Source: a virus (lineage: Duplodnaviria > Heunggongvirae > Uroviricota > Caudoviricetes). Taken from it: a stretch of 64,000 nucleotides of DNA. Each line of letters begins with the position of its first letter. Within the stretch, counting starts at the first letter, position 1. Location: positions 5,513 through 69,512 of IMG/VR virus record IMGVR_UViG_3300028388_003891; one strand, written 5' to 3'. The translations under genes and the position numbers were made by a program. Of the stretch, positions 1 through 10,043 are shown one piece after another. A model generated the notes under the pieces. The model worked only from the letters and a program-made list of their open reading frames with translations, was not told where the DNA came from and searched no databases.

Positions 1-1
1 T

Positions 2-337
2 CCAGATAGTCAGACCATCATCGAACTATCAACATTCATTGCAAAAAATAATTCGTACGAAGCTTCACCTGGTAATCATGATGACACCGTGATGGCATTG
101 GTGCTCTTTGGTTACTACGCCACCAGCCCTATGTTTGAGCGTGAGTTCGAGAAAGACACCAAAACAATGATGTTTGGGGAAGAAGTTCGCAAGATGATTG
201 AAAAGGAGAAAGATTTAGAGCCACCTGAATTAGTGATCGATGCCGGTCACCGTGATTATAACACTTTCGATCGTCCAATTGATGATGTCGACGAATGGTT
301 CGGCGAGCAATCACGACTATACGTTGAACCGTGGTGA
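2..337 (+). CDS. large terminase subunit (gp17-like), C-terminal fragment; gene continues upstream of window
   Basis: reading frame is open from the window edge to TGA 335-337 (ORF track lists only the internal Met at 89); sits directly upstream of the sheath gene as gp17 does in T4; ...GNHDDTVMAL... resembles the C-terminal acidic motif of large terminase nuclease domains. Confidence 0.45.
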   Translation, partial: PDSQTIIELSTFIAKNNSYEASPGNHDDTVMALVLFGYYATSPMFEREFEKDTKTMMFGEEVRKMIEKEKDLEPPELVIDAGHRDYNTFDRPIDDVDEWFGEQSRLYVEPW

Positions 338-349
338 TCTTGCGCGTTT

Positions 350-357
350 TATAAATA
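350..357 (+). promoter_or_regulatory. T4-type late promoter TATAAATA (sheath gene)
   Basis: exact TATAAATA 56 nt upstream of ATG 413; phage encodes gp55. Confidence 0.7.
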
Positions 358-412
358 CCTTCCATGTGAATTACTTGCAATGATCTCTTAATAAAACGAA
401 AGGTATGAAATT

Positions 413-2185
413 ATGTCACTGACAGGCGCATCTTTGTCACCTGCCATTACAGTTCGCGAGATTGATCTGACGGGTGTTGCACCCAACGTTCCATCTTCAC
501 TCACTGGTATGGTTGGCGATTTTCAGTGGGGTCCTGTCGAAGAGCCAGTACGCGTTTCTAATGAAGGCGAGCTAGCTAGCAAATTCGGCACCCCAACAGC
601 TTCTAGCGCGGTTGACTATATGTCAGCTGCTCAATTCCTGCGTTACAGCGATGGTTTGATCCTCGTTCGTGCGGCTGACAGTGCTGCAGCCAACGCAAGT
701 ATGGATAGTGCTTCATCTATCACTATCAACAATCGTTCGGATTATGAATCTCAAAAAGCCACTCTGAGTGCAGGTGGCAACGGTCGCTGGATCGCAAAAT
801 ATCCTGGCGCTCTAGGTAACAGTCTAGCCGTTTCCATCTTCGCTATTGAAGACGGCGACAGCGCAAGTTCCGCCACGACTCTTTCTAACTGGAATAGTTG
901 GACCTACAAAGATCAATTTATTGGCATCCCCGGCACCAGTACGTGGGCTGCGAACACAACAGGAACTAACACCAACGACGAGATTCATGTAGCTGTAATT
1001 GATGAAGAAGGCTTGATCTCTGGCACTAAAGGAGCCGTTCTTGAAACCTTCGGATTCGTGTCAACAGCCGTTGGCGCTAAAACAGTTGATGGTGGCCGTA
1101 ATTATGTAGCAGACGTTATTAATAACGGATCTTCATATCTGTGGTTTGGTGGTCATGACGACTCGGCAAGTGTAGCGGGTACAAACTGGGGCACAGCGCC
1201 GGATGGTACAGTTAAGGACTACGCTACTGGCGTTTCATGGACCAATGCTACATCTGTTGAATCGTTGGGTGGTGGTGCAAACAGCGGAGTCCTCGGTACA
1301 TCAGAGTACGCACTAGCCTTCGATCAGTTTGAAAACAAAGATCAAATTGACGTACAAATCCTCGTAGCACCCGGACTAGACGCTGCTGCAGATCAAGTGA
1401 CGGTCGTGTCAGATGTTGTTAGCATTGCTGAAGACATCCGCAAGGACTGTGTCGTGGTGGCTTCACCTAACCGTAATGCAGTTGTTAACAACGCTAACCC
1501 TGTTGCGAGCACATTGACTACTACTAATCAGTATCCTGGTTCTAGCTACTTGGTAGTCGACAATAACTACTTGCAGGTGTTTGACAAGTACAACGACCAA
1601 AACATCTACATCCCTGCTGCATCAACCGTTGCTGGTCTGATGGCTGCTACGGACGCCAATTACGCGCCATGGTACAGCCCTGCTGGCGAACGTCGTGGTT
1701 TGATTTCTGGTGCTTCGGGTGTTTCATACTCTCCAACAAAAGCTGAAAGAGACGATCTGTACCGAGCCGGTGTCAACCCAATTGTTCAGTTTGCGGGCCG
1801 TGGCATTCTTTTGTTTGGCGATAAGACAAAACTGGATCGTCCATCAGCATTTGACCGCATTAACGTGCGTCGTCTGTTCCTCGCACTCGAGAAATCCATC
1901 TCGATCGCTGCTCGCAACGTGATGTTCGAGTTCAACGACGAATTTACACGTTCTGAATTTGTCAGTGTGATCGAGCCGATTCTTCGTGAGGTACAAGGCC
2001 GTCGAGGTATTACGGATTTCCGTGTGGTGTGTGATGAAACAAACAACACCCCTGCCGTCGTCGATCGCAACGAGTTGATCTGCACGATCTTCATTAAGCC
2101 CGCTCGGTCAATCAACTTCGTCACTCTCAACTTCGTCGCTGTACGTACTGGCGTCGATTTTGAAGAGGTTGTTGGAACGGTTTAA
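413..2185 (+). CDS. tail sheath protein (T4 gp18-like)
   Basis: 590 aa ORF; C-terminal ...NELICTIFIKPARSINFVTLNFVAV... resembles the conserved gp18 C-terminus; TATAAATA late promoter at 350-357; followed by tube and portal genes. Confidence 0.85.
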   Translation: MSLTGASLSPAITVREIDLTGVAPNVPSSLTGMVGDFQWGPVEEPVRVSNEGELASKFGTPTASSAVDYMSAAQFLRYSDGLILVRAADSAAANASMDSASSITINNRSDYESQKATLSAGGNGRWIAKYPGALGNSLAVSIFAIEDGDSASSATTLSNWNSWTYKDQFIGIPGTSTWAANTTGTNTNDEIHVAVIDEEGLISGTKGAVLETFGFVSTAVGAKTVDGGRNYVADVINNGSSYLWFGGHDDSASVAGTNWGTAPDGTVKDYATGVSWTNATSVESLGGGANSGVLGTSEYALAFDQFENKDQIDVQILVAPGLDAAADQVTVVSDVVSIAEDIRKDCVVVASPNRNAVVNNANPVASTLTTTNQYPGSSYLVVDNNYLQVFDKYNDQNIYIPAASTVAGLMAATDANYAPWYSPAGERRGLISGASGVSYSPTKAERDDLYRAGVNPIVQFAGRGILLFGDKTKLDRPSAFDRINVRRLFLALEKSISIAARNVMFEFNDEFTRSEFVSVIEPILREVQGRRGITDFRVVCDETNNTPAVVDRNELICTIFIKPARSINFVTLNFVAVRTGVDFEEVVGTV

Positions 2186-2190
2186 GTCGT

Positions 2191-2209
2191 GGGGGATTTG
2201 AAATCCCCC
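2191..2209 (+). terminator. hairpin GGGGGATTT/AAATCCCCC after sheath gene
   Basis: perfect 9-bp stem directly followed by late promoter. Confidence 0.6.
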
Positions 2210-2210
2210 T

Positions 2211-2218
2211 TATAAATA
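2211..2218 (+). promoter_or_regulatory. late promoter TATAAATA (tube gene)
   Basis: exact match 28 nt upstream of ATG 2246. Confidence 0.7.
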
Positions 2219-2245
2219 CGACATAGCAATAAAGGAACAATACTA

Positions 2246-2782
2246 ATGGCTATTCTCGCAGTTGACGCGTTCAAAGAATCGCTTGTTGGAGGTGGTGCAC
2301 GTGCTAATATGTTTGAAGCCCGTGTCAGCAGCCCCGCAGCAGGTGGTGTAAGCATTCCAACTCCTCTGTTTACGTTTATGTGCCGTGCGGCTTCAATCCC
2401 AGGGCAAAACGTAGCACCAGTGCCGGTCATGTTTAAAGGCCGCGAAATCAAGGTTGCTGGCGATCGCGTTTTTGATCCGTGGACAATCACCGTGTATAAC
2501 GACACCAACTTTCAGATCCGCAATGAGTTCGAAAAGTGGTCGAACGCACTAAACTCTCACGCTGGAAACGTTGGTCAAGTAACCCCTGTCAGTTACATGG
2601 CTGACATGGAAGTAGATCAACTTGACCAAGATGGTACAGTGCTGCAAACGTACAAGTTTGTCAGTGCATGGCCTTCGGAGATATCACCAATTGAGCTGAC
2701 ATACGATCAGCAAGGTGCAATCGAAGAGTTTCAGGTTGTGATGCAGTACCAATACTGGACACATGAAGGAACCACATCCTAA
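2246..2782 (+). CDS. tail tube protein (T4 gp19-like)
   Basis: 178 aa ORF directly after sheath gene; TATAAATA at 2211-2218; size and position match gp19. Confidence 0.75.
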   Translation: MAILAVDAFKESLVGGGARANMFEARVSSPAAGGVSIPTPLFTFMCRAASIPGQNVAPVPVMFKGREIKVAGDRVFDPWTITVYNDTNFQIRNEFEKWSNALNSHAGNVGQVTPVSYMADMEVDQLDQDGTVLQTYKFVSAWPSEISPIELTYDQQGAIEEFQVVMQYQYWTHEGTTS

Positions 2783-2809
2783 TCGTTCTGGCGATTAATG
2801 GAGTAAATT

Positions 2810-4471
2810 ATGGCTGATACTCGCGACGTCGCACCAGGCGGACTGCGTTTATTCGGGTTTGAAATCAAACGTGCTGGAGCACGTAAAAGAAAAGAGGACA
2901 ACCTTAAATCGGTTGTCCCTCCAACCGACCCTGACGGTGCGGGATACGTAACTACTTCGGGCAATTACTACGGTCACTACGTCGATATTGACGGCGGTGG
3001 CGTAAGTAGTAAAGATAACCGTACGTTAATTCTTACGTATCGCCGCATCGCTCACCATCCCGAGGTTGATATGGCGATTGAAGAGATCGTCAATGAAGCT
3101 ATCGTTACTGGTGACAACAAATCTCCTCTCGAGCTTAATCTTCAGCAAGCTGACATCTCTGATGGCATTAAGAAGAAGATGGAAACTGAGTTTTCAGCTA
3201 TCCTTCGTATGCTTAATGTTAATGAAGCAATTCACGACCTATTTAAGGCATGGTACATCGATGGGCGTTTGTTTCATCATCTAGTTGTGGACTCAAAAAA
3301 CCTCAAAGCTGGCATCCAGCAAATTAGGTATATTGACAGCTCGAAAATTAGGAAAATTCGCAACGTCAAGCGTGACAAGCACGACGCAACGGGTGTTGTA
3401 CTTATTGGCGATGTAGAAGAGTTCTATGTTTTTGAAGAGAAGGCTGGAAACCAATCGTCGCAAGTAAAGCTAGCTCCTGATAGTGTTAGCTACGTTACCT
3501 CTGGACAGCTTGATGAAAATCGCCGCAATGTGGTTTCATACCTTCATAAAGCGATAAAACCAGTCAACCAGCTTAGCATGATGGAAGACTCATTGGTCAT
3601 CTATCGTCTCGCTCGTGCGCCCGAACGCCGCATCTTTTATATTGATGTTGGAACCCTTGGCAAAGCACGCGCTGAGCAGTACATGCAAGGTATTATGTCA
3701 AAATATCGCAACAAGTTGGTGTATGATTCACAAACCGGCTTGATACGCGATGACCGCAAACATATGACAATGTTGGAAGACTTCTGGCTGCCGCGTCGTG
3801 AAGGTGGAAAAGGCACCGAAATATCAACATTGCCAGGTGGGGACAACCTCGGTCAAATCGACGACATCATATACTTCCAAAAGCGGCTTTATAAGGCTCT
3901 CAACGTTCCATTAAACCGGTTGGAACAAGAAGCTCAATTTTCATTGGGTCGTTCGAGTGAAATTACGCGCGACGAAGTGAAATTTCAAAAGTTTATCGAT
4001 CGCCTGCGTCTACGCTTTTCCTATTTGTTCCTTGATATTCTAAAACGCCAACTGCTGTTAAAGCAGGTTATGACAGAAGAAGAATGGGAAGCGATTGAAA
4101 CCAATCTTTTTGTTGATTATCAAAAAGATAACCACTTTTCTGAACTCAAAGATGCAGAAATCCTAAGAGAGAAGCTGCAAACATTAGATGCAGTTGCCCC
4201 GTATGTTGGCCAGTACGTGTCAAGAGAGTGGGTGTGGAAAAACGTCATGTTATTTGACGAAGACCAAATAGAAGAACTTGTTGCTCAGATTGAAGATGAC
4301 CAGAAAGAAATGGTCGTTCAGGGACAAGAACCTCACACAGGTGGTGTATCTGAACCGCCAGAACCCGAGCCACCTGAACAGGCAAATCAACAAGAGGAAA
4401 CCAACCCCCTCGAACAAGCTGAACTTGAGTTATACGAAACTCTTCAAGATTATGTAACAAAATTGAAGTGA
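2810..4471 (+). CDS. portal vertex protein (T4 gp20-like)
   Basis: 553 aa ORF following tube gene, acidic C-terminus; order gp18-gp19-gp20 as in T4. Confidence 0.75.
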   Translation: MADTRDVAPGGLRLFGFEIKRAGARKRKEDNLKSVVPPTDPDGAGYVTTSGNYYGHYVDIDGGGVSSKDNRTLILTYRRIAHHPEVDMAIEEIVNEAIVTGDNKSPLELNLQQADISDGIKKKMETEFSAILRMLNVNEAIHDLFKAWYIDGRLFHHLVVDSKNLKAGIQQIRYIDSSKIRKIRNVKRDKHDATGVVLIGDVEEFYVFEEKAGNQSSQVKLAPDSVSYVTSGQLDENRRNVVSYLHKAIKPVNQLSMMEDSLVIYRLARAPERRIFYIDVGTLGKARAEQYMQGIMSKYRNKLVYDSQTGLIRDDRKHMTMLEDFWLPRREGGKGTEISTLPGGDNLGQIDDIIYFQKRLYKALNVPLNRLEQEAQFSLGRSSEITRDEVKFQKFIDRLRLRFSYLFLDILKRQLLLKQVMTEEEWEAIETNLFVDYQKDNHFSELKDAEILREKLQTLDAVAPYVGQYVSREWVWKNVMLFDEDQIEELVAQIEDDQKEMVVQGQEPHTGGVSEPPEPEPPEQANQQEETNPLEQAELELYETLQDYVTKLK

Positions 4472-4475
4472 ACAA

Positions 4476-5483
4476 ATGTCCAACAAACTTGATCCTAAGG
4501 GTCTAGCATTTGCCATTGTTCTGATTAAAGAGCAAATCGCCAAGCTGTCAACAAAGTTTGATAGTCGCCTTGAAGAAGTAACTTTGACGCCTGGCCCTAA
4601 AGGGGAAAGAGGCGAACGAGGCCCCCGTGGTGAACAAGGACTGCAGGGTGAACGAGGTGCACGTGGTCGTCGTGGCGAAAAGGGCGACCAAGGACCCCAA
4701 GGGTTACAGGGGTTGCCTGGCAGTAAAGGAGACAGCGGCGAGCAAGGCCCTAAAGGCGAGCAAGGCCCTAAAGGCCCTAAAGGCGAGCAAGGCCCTCAAG
4801 GCCCTAAAGGCCCTAAAGGCGACAAAGGGGATCAAGGACCACAAGGCCCTAAAGGCCCTAAAGGCGAGCAAGGTGACCGTGGTCTAAAAGGAACTAGTGG
4901 CGACCAAGGCCCTAAAGGCGACAAAGGTGACCGAGGACCACATGGCCCTAAGGGCGACAAAGGTGACCGAGGACCACAAGGCCCTAAAGGCGACAAAGGA
5001 GATCAAGGACCGCCCGGCGAAACACCTGATATCACTGAGTTCATGTCCAAAGCTCAGGGACAGATCACGGCGTGGGAATCAAAGGCTAATAGAGCTCTAG
5101 CAACGTCCACGGCTGGCGGTGGTTCGTTTAAACTACTCGATAACAGCGACGTTGTTCGCAAGCAACTAAGCGAAGTTACTGACAAAGCAATCCTGATATA
5201 TGACGTAAATAAGGGTAAATTTGTAGTTAGTGACATTGAGGAAATTATACTTTCTCTTGGTCTTGGAGCCACACAGGTGCAGTACACACGTCTAATCGAC
5301 GCCGATGGCAATGACACATATATCGGCGAAGCAGTCCCCGGCAGTGATCCTAGTGCTGCAGTATGGCGCATCAAACGGGTGACAGAAGATCCTGTTACCG
5401 AAGACATTACCATTTTATGGGCTGATGGTTCTGCTGAGTTCACTTTCATCTGGGATGACCGACTGTCGTTCAATTATTCATAA
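4476..5483 (+). CDS. collagen-like (Gly-X-Y repeat) protein, probable virion decoration/fibre
   Basis: 335 aa; about 47 consecutive G-X-Y triplets ([19 protein letters not shown]...) from aa ~38-180, globular C-terminal domain; underlying DNA is a 9-nt periodic repeat. Confidence 0.8.
   Translation: MSNKLDPKGLAFAIVLIKEQIAKLSTKFDSRLEEVTLTPGPKGERGERGPRGEQGLQGERGARGRRGEKGDQGPQGLQGLPGSKGDSGEQGPKGEQGPKGPKGEQGPQGPKGPKGDKGDQGPQGPKGPKGEQGDRGLKGTSGDQGPKGDKGDRGPHGPKGDKGDRGPQGPKGDKGDQGPPGETPDITEFMSKAQGQITAWESKANRALATSTAGGGSFKLLDNSDVVRKQLSEVTDKAILIYDVNKGKFVVSDIEEIILSLGLGATQVQYTRLIDADGNDTYIGEAVPGSDPSAAVWRIKRVTEDPVTEDITILWADGSAEFTFIWDDRLSFNYS
4560..5030 (+). repeat. tandem 9-bp periodic repeats (GGCCCTAAAGGCGAGCAA-type) encoding the collagen-like tract
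   Basis: direct visual repetition of ggccctaaaggc / ggcgacaaaggtgaccgaggacca units. Confidence 0.8.
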
Positions 5484-5486
5484 ATA
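5479..5486 (+). promoter_or_regulatory. late-promoter-like CATAAATA
   Basis: 7/8 match upstream of ORF 5529. Confidence 0.4.
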
Positions 5487-5528
5487 CACCATAACTACAA
5501 AGCTAGTCGGCAACGGAGATAATAAAAA

Positions 5529-7328
5529 ATGCCAACCATCACAGATCCGGATCTGTTGAATGATTCCGCTGTAAACACTGGGAGCAATGAAGTATTCATT
5601 GACCCGGCGTTACGCACGATTCGCCTTAACAACGGTTCCAATAACTTAGATGAAACGGGCGTAACAGGTCAGGCTCTTTACTCCTTTCTCAAAGAAGAAT
5701 GGAAAGATGATACCAAAGGCAAGAACCTAATCGCGTATCCGTTCCCCCTTGTCGCAATTACCCCAGAGCAATTTGAATTTCGATCTGGTTGGCAGCCTGC
5801 CAACGACAGCTCACGCAACTTGATTCGCAATGCTGGCTGGAGAGAATTTGCCACTAACAACACCACTCTGAACCGAGAGTACATTGGTACAATTTCGCTC
5901 GGTTCAATCGACGGCGACCAATCTCAAACGGGAGGCGGCGATCAGGATTTTGCGTACTACGCGTTCTTCGATACAAGTGGTGCACCAGTTGCTGGTCCTT
6001 TCAACTTTGATTTCCCAGGACCAGTCAACCAGCCTGTACAAACGTACGACAGTTCCTCTTACGACTACCGTACCAACATTCTAACGATGTTCATCCGTCA
6101 ACCTGGAAAAACGTATGATCAGCAATCTACGGTTCAGATTGGTATTCCAGCTGGTGCAACACTACCGTATAACACCCAGCGTTTCCCTCTACAGGAAGCT
6201 GTTGATCTGAACGTAACTGTGTCAGATGCCACGATTGTAGCTAATGAAGGCGCTGGTGAAAAATACGACAGTAGCGATGTAAACGGCCCCACAATACAGT
6301 ACCTCAGCGACTCCGAGCTTTCTAATACGTTCGGCTATACGCAGGATCTTGTGGATGGTCCACACGGCTTTGGTATCAAGATCTCTGCAGAAGATGGAAC
6401 GGGTGGCTCTCTATCGCTGCAAGAGCTATATTCTTGGGTACAATACAAACTACGTCAAGAAGTTAATATCGAAGACAGCGCTGGATCTACCAAAGTTGGT
6501 AAACTGCAGGACCGCTTGCTACAGTTCGTTGGTCCTACCCTTGAAACCTTGAACGCTACAAACCTTGATGGTGGTGGCACCGGCACAGCAATTATCAACT
6601 TCTCAAACACCGACATCAACAACATTGGGCTTCGGGACAACACAGAAACTCTTCGTCCGTTCCCAATTCTGTCTTCTGGTACTCTTTCATTTTCTGATGA
6701 AATCGTACTTGACAGCGCCAATGCTTCGTACTTTGTTTTCTTTGAGTACACCAAATCTACAAGCGTTTCTGATTTGACAATTTCAGGTGTTGGTCCTTCA
6801 GCTGGCGATCCAGCTGTTGACAGTGCTGAATTTTCTTCATCAGCAACAGAACTGCCCCTACTTGCAGCTGATGATTATTTCCGTGTAACAGGTGCTTCCG
6901 ATCCAAACAACAACCAAGTGTGGCAAGTATCAGTATACCGTGACTCCAGCTCGTTCTCTGCTGTGACTTACGACGATCTTCCCGCAGCAAACGAAGGTCC
7001 GTTTGCCGGCACCATTCGAGAGCACCCAATCAATTCACCTGGAGCCTTGTTGGTAGACAGTGCAGGTACAACAACACCAAATACAGGCGGAATCACCGGC
7101 ACGTTGACTGGCGGTATTTCATCTGTGGCATTCTCCTATGACTATACTAACAACAGTCAAGGGGGTCGACCAAGTGGTGTTAACGCAGACACGGTTAACA
7201 TCTTGATCCGTGCTATTGGCTTGGATAATGGATCGTTTGTGGAACTGGCAGGTCAGACAATTACTGATCAAGCACAGACGTACTCAATTATCTCGGCTAT
7301 TGAGCGTAACTACGACAACCCAGCGTAA
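5529..7328 (+). CDS. hypothetical virion protein (599 aa)
   Basis: long ORF in head/tail late region, near-consensus late promoter CATAAATA at 5479-5486, Ser/Thr/Gly-rich. Confidence 0.5.
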   Translation: MPTITDPDLLNDSAVNTGSNEVFIDPALRTIRLNNGSNNLDETGVTGQALYSFLKEEWKDDTKGKNLIAYPFPLVAITPEQFEFRSGWQPANDSSRNLIRNAGWREFATNNTTLNREYIGTISLGSIDGDQSQTGGGDQDFAYYAFFDTSGAPVAGPFNFDFPGPVNQPVQTYDSSSYDYRTNILTMFIRQPGKTYDQQSTVQIGIPAGATLPYNTQRFPLQEAVDLNVTVSDATIVANEGAGEKYDSSDVNGPTIQYLSDSELSNTFGYTQDLVDGPHGFGIKISAEDGTGGSLSLQELYSWVQYKLRQEVNIEDSAGSTKVGKLQDRLLQFVGPTLETLNATNLDGGGTGTAIINFSNTDINNIGLRDNTETLRPFPILSSGTLSFSDEIVLDSANASYFVFFEYTKSTSVSDLTISGVGPSAGDPAVDSAEFSSSATELPLLAADDYFRVTGASDPNNNQVWQVSVYRDSSSFSAVTYDDLPAANEGPFAGTIREHPINSPGALLVDSAGTTTPNTGGITGTLTGGISSVAFSYDYTNNSQGGRPSGVNADTVNILIRAIGLDNGSFVELAGQTITDQAQTYSIISAIERNYDNPA

Positions 7329-7342
7329 TGGCTGGATTTGAT

Positions 7343-7369
7343 GGGGCTGCATAGCAGCCCCCTATTTTA
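7343..7369 (+). terminator. rho-independent terminator-like hairpin
   Basis: GGGGCTGC-ATA-GCAGCCCC followed by CTATTTT. Confidence 0.5.
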
Positions 7370-7379
7370 GGAGTATACT

Positions 7380-7589
7380 ATGAGCACATACCTTACTGTT
7401 GAACAAGCAGCAGCGATAGTTGGATGCACACCTGATGAGCTGCTGTTCTATGCCCAGCAAGGTCGTCTGCGTCGCAGTCTTAATGAAACCGACACCACCA
7501 TCGACTGGCAATTCGTCTTTGAAGATGTGATAGCACTTAAAGATGCTCTTGAGCAGCAATCCACAGAAACGCAACTGCTCGAGGAATGA
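7380..7589 (+). CDS. hypothetical protein (69 aa)
   Basis: ORF with GGAG RBS (taggagtatactATG). Confidence 0.4.
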   Translation: MSTYLTVEQAAAIVGCTPDELLFYAQQGRLRRSLNETDTTIDWQFVFEDVIALKDALEQQSTETQLLEE

Positions 7590-7592
7590 GTT

Positions 7593-8054
7593 GTGGAATG
7601 TGGTGGCTGCACCGCATGTTGTGATGCGCTAGAAGTCAAGGACATCATTCTCGTCAAGCCAGCTGGCATCAAGTGTCCGCACTCTTGTGATATCGGCTGT
7701 AGCATATATGACAATCGACCACAAGGTTGTCGAGGCTTTGATTGTGTGTATCTTTTGGAACAGGATAGCCCATTAGAGCTTCGTCCTGACAAAACTGGAG
7801 TCATTTTCGAAAAAGTTACCACAAAAATATTCCTAGCACTAATTAAAGCAGAAAGCCTTGAAACGTGGGACACACCACTAATACGTCAATACATCAAACA
7901 ATTAAACAACAAGGGGATCTCCGTCGTTGTCAGCTCGTATGACAAGGGTTTGATGGAGGTGCACACAGCAGCTGCTCACACCCCTGACAAAGTTGTGCAA
8001 ATAACAATGAGATTGGCCAATCAATGGCAGCACCATCGTACTCAACAGACCTAG
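7593..8054 (+). CDS. cysteine-cluster protein (CxxCxxxCC, YkgJ/UPF0153-like metal-binding)
   Basis: N-terminal ECGGCTACCD... plus further Cys pairs (CPHSCDIGCS, CRGFDC). Confidence 0.45.
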   Translation: MECGGCTACCDALEVKDIILVKPAGIKCPHSCDIGCSIYDNRPQGCRGFDCVYLLEQDSPLELRPDKTGVIFEKVTTKIFLALIKAESLETWDTPLIRQYIKQLNNKGISVVVSSYDKGLMEVHTAAAHTPDKVVQITMRLANQWQHHRTQQT

Positions 8055-10000
8055 CCATACACGACGACGCTACAAGCGCAGCTAACTTTAGCGAACCAAC
8101 GGGCATGACAGATCTCGATGGATCTGGCGTCGATGATACTGACCTTGCAATTTATGGAACGCAGTGCGTGTCAGAATCCATGCGTAAGACTGCGCTTGGA
8201 GCGCTTGTGACAGGACCTGCCGCGCGCACACTAGGCACTAATGAAGCGTTTTTTGTATGGTTTAAGTGGTTCGCCCCAAACTCCCTTGCCAACAAAGCAA
8301 ATGGAGGCATCCGAGTACTGATTGGCAACACAACCGCTAACTACTACGGATGGTATGTCGATGGCGCCGACACTTACCAGTACGGTGGTTGGAAAAACTA
8401 CTGTGTTGATCCTCGATTTACAAACGACGCACAACAACAGCAAGGCACCCCCAATACCACCTACCAGCAAGTAGGTATTGGCGTCAACTGCCCTATAGAC
8501 ACACCTCAAAAAGGTAACTCGTACACGATCGATATCATTCGATATGGTCGAGGACAGTTGCTAATTACGGATGGGGATGGCACACTTGGCTATGCGAACT
8601 TTGACAGTGCTGCTCTATTCAATGACTCTGTCAATGGTCGTTATGGCTTGTTCCAGGATCAGGGTGGCTCGTATCTGTGGAAAGGGCTGCTGTCGTTAGG
8701 TTCTTCGACAACCGCTGTTGATTTTAGAGATCAAAACGTCACGATCAATATCGACAATACAGAGTACGTTGACAGCGATTTCAACCGAATCGAGATCAGC
8801 AACGCTGGTTCAAATGTTGAGTGGACTGGCATTTCCATATCATCACTAAGCGCCCGTGCACGCGGTAACCTGCAAATGGTCGATGGTGCTGCCGTATCAA
8901 TGAACGGTTGTAATTTCAACGATATGGGGTACTTCAATTATAACCGCATATCCAACGTTGTCAACGTATCATCGACGTCATTTCGTCGATGTAATGTAGT
9001 ACGTCAAGGAGGGGCCACATTCACGGATTGTGTTTTTGAAGACACAAACGACTCTGCATATGCGTTGCATGTCAGCGATTCTGGAAATGATTTAAGTCTA
9101 ATAAGTGGTTGCACATTCACGGCCCGCGATCAAGGCCTTGGGGCCAATCACGCTATACGCCTTGGTCCCGTCAACCAAACTAAGACTATCTCTCTAGATA
9201 ATGTGACCTTGGAGGGGTACACAGCAGGAGCTACTGGAACTTTTAACGGCGTGACTGGTGGTGACAGTGCTGCTATTGAGGTTGGCGTAACTACCGGCAA
9301 CACGTTAACGATCAATGTGGTTAATGGATCGACGACGCCATCGATACAGAATACGGACACTGGCACTGTCGTCGTGCAAGCAGCGGTGACTGTATCCATT
9401 ACTGGGCTGTTGGGTAACAGCGAAATCAAAGTCCTGCCTACTGCAGGATCGCCTTACTCAGGTAACTCGCTCAATGATACATTAGATATCTCTACAGAAA
9501 ATGTGAGCGCCGACACTTTTATCGGTAATGGTACCGACTACATCTCCTACAACACTGGTGGCTCCAACGTATCCATCGATACCACTAACCTAGCTTTCTC
9601 TGGTGTCCTTAACGATGGTGACATCGCTGCCACAGCTTTAACAGCTGGTGATATCATCCGTGTAACTATTCGCGATAATGATGACAATTCGTCTCTACAG
9701 CTTTTTGATCAGTTTGAAGTATCAGGTACACCCACATCAACTAGTATAGCAACAACGACACTGTCCTCAGGGTTTGTGTCAGTGTTTGGAACGGCACTGA
9801 CAGGCTCTAATAGCAAAACGGTCACTGTGGAAAAGGTCAATGCGTCGTATCAATTCAGTGTATCGTCTGGCACCGAGATTGATTTCCTTGTATTCCGCAC
9901 CGGTTCAATTCCTATCCAAACCACACAGCAGACGATTACTGCTGATAACCGAACCTTTCCGTTATCGCAAAGTGGCGACCGTAACTTCGATAATCCGTGA
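8024..10000 (+). CDS. repeat-rich protein with parallel beta-helix-like repeats (tail fibre/spike-like)
   Basis: 658 aa; repeated N-x-S/T, GxxF and VxNxS strands (NVVNVSSTSFRRCNVV..., LISGCTFTARDQG...) typical of right-handed beta-helix proteins. Confidence 0.5.
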   Translation: MAAPSYSTDLAIHDDATSAANFSEPTGMTDLDGSGVDDTDLAIYGTQCVSESMRKTALGALVTGPAARTLGTNEAFFVWFKWFAPNSLANKANGGIRVLIGNTTANYYGWYVDGADTYQYGGWKNYCVDPRFTNDAQQQQGTPNTTYQQVGIGVNCPIDTPQKGNSYTIDIIRYGRGQLLITDGDGTLGYANFDSAALFNDSVNGRYGLFQDQGGSYLWKGLLSLGSSTTAVDFRDQNVTINIDNTEYVDSDFNRIEISNAGSNVEWTGISISSLSARARGNLQMVDGAAVSMNGCNFNDMGYFNYNRISNVVNVSSTSFRRCNVVRQGGATFTDCVFEDTNDSAYALHVSDSGNDLSLISGCTFTARDQGLGANHAIRLGPVNQTKTISLDNVTLEGYTAGATGTFNGVTGGDSAAIEVGVTTGNTLTINVVNGSTTPSIQNTDTGTVVVQAAVTVSITGLLGNSEIKVLPTAGSPYSGNSLNDTLDISTENVSADTFIGNGTDYISYNTGGSNVSIDTTNLAFSGVLNDGDIAATALTAGDIIRVTIRDNDDNSSLQLFDQFEVSGTPTSTSIATTTLSSGFVSVFGTALTGSNSKTVTVEKVNASYQFSVSSGTEIDFLVFRTGSIPIQTTQQTITADNRTFPLSQSGDRNFDNP

Positions 10001-10005
10001 CGTAT

Positions 10006-10013
10006 GATAAATA
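10006..10013 (+). promoter_or_regulatory. late-promoter-like GATAAATA
   Basis: 7/8 match upstream of ORF 10044. Confidence 0.4.
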
Positions 10014-10043
10014 CTGCCAATAACTGTTTTTGGAAAACAAGCA

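Noticed and set aside
4627-5100. ORFs 4627..4887 and 4897..5100 with KALKA repeats
   Set aside because: Alternate-frame readings of the collagen-like repeat DNA inside the 4476..5483 gene.
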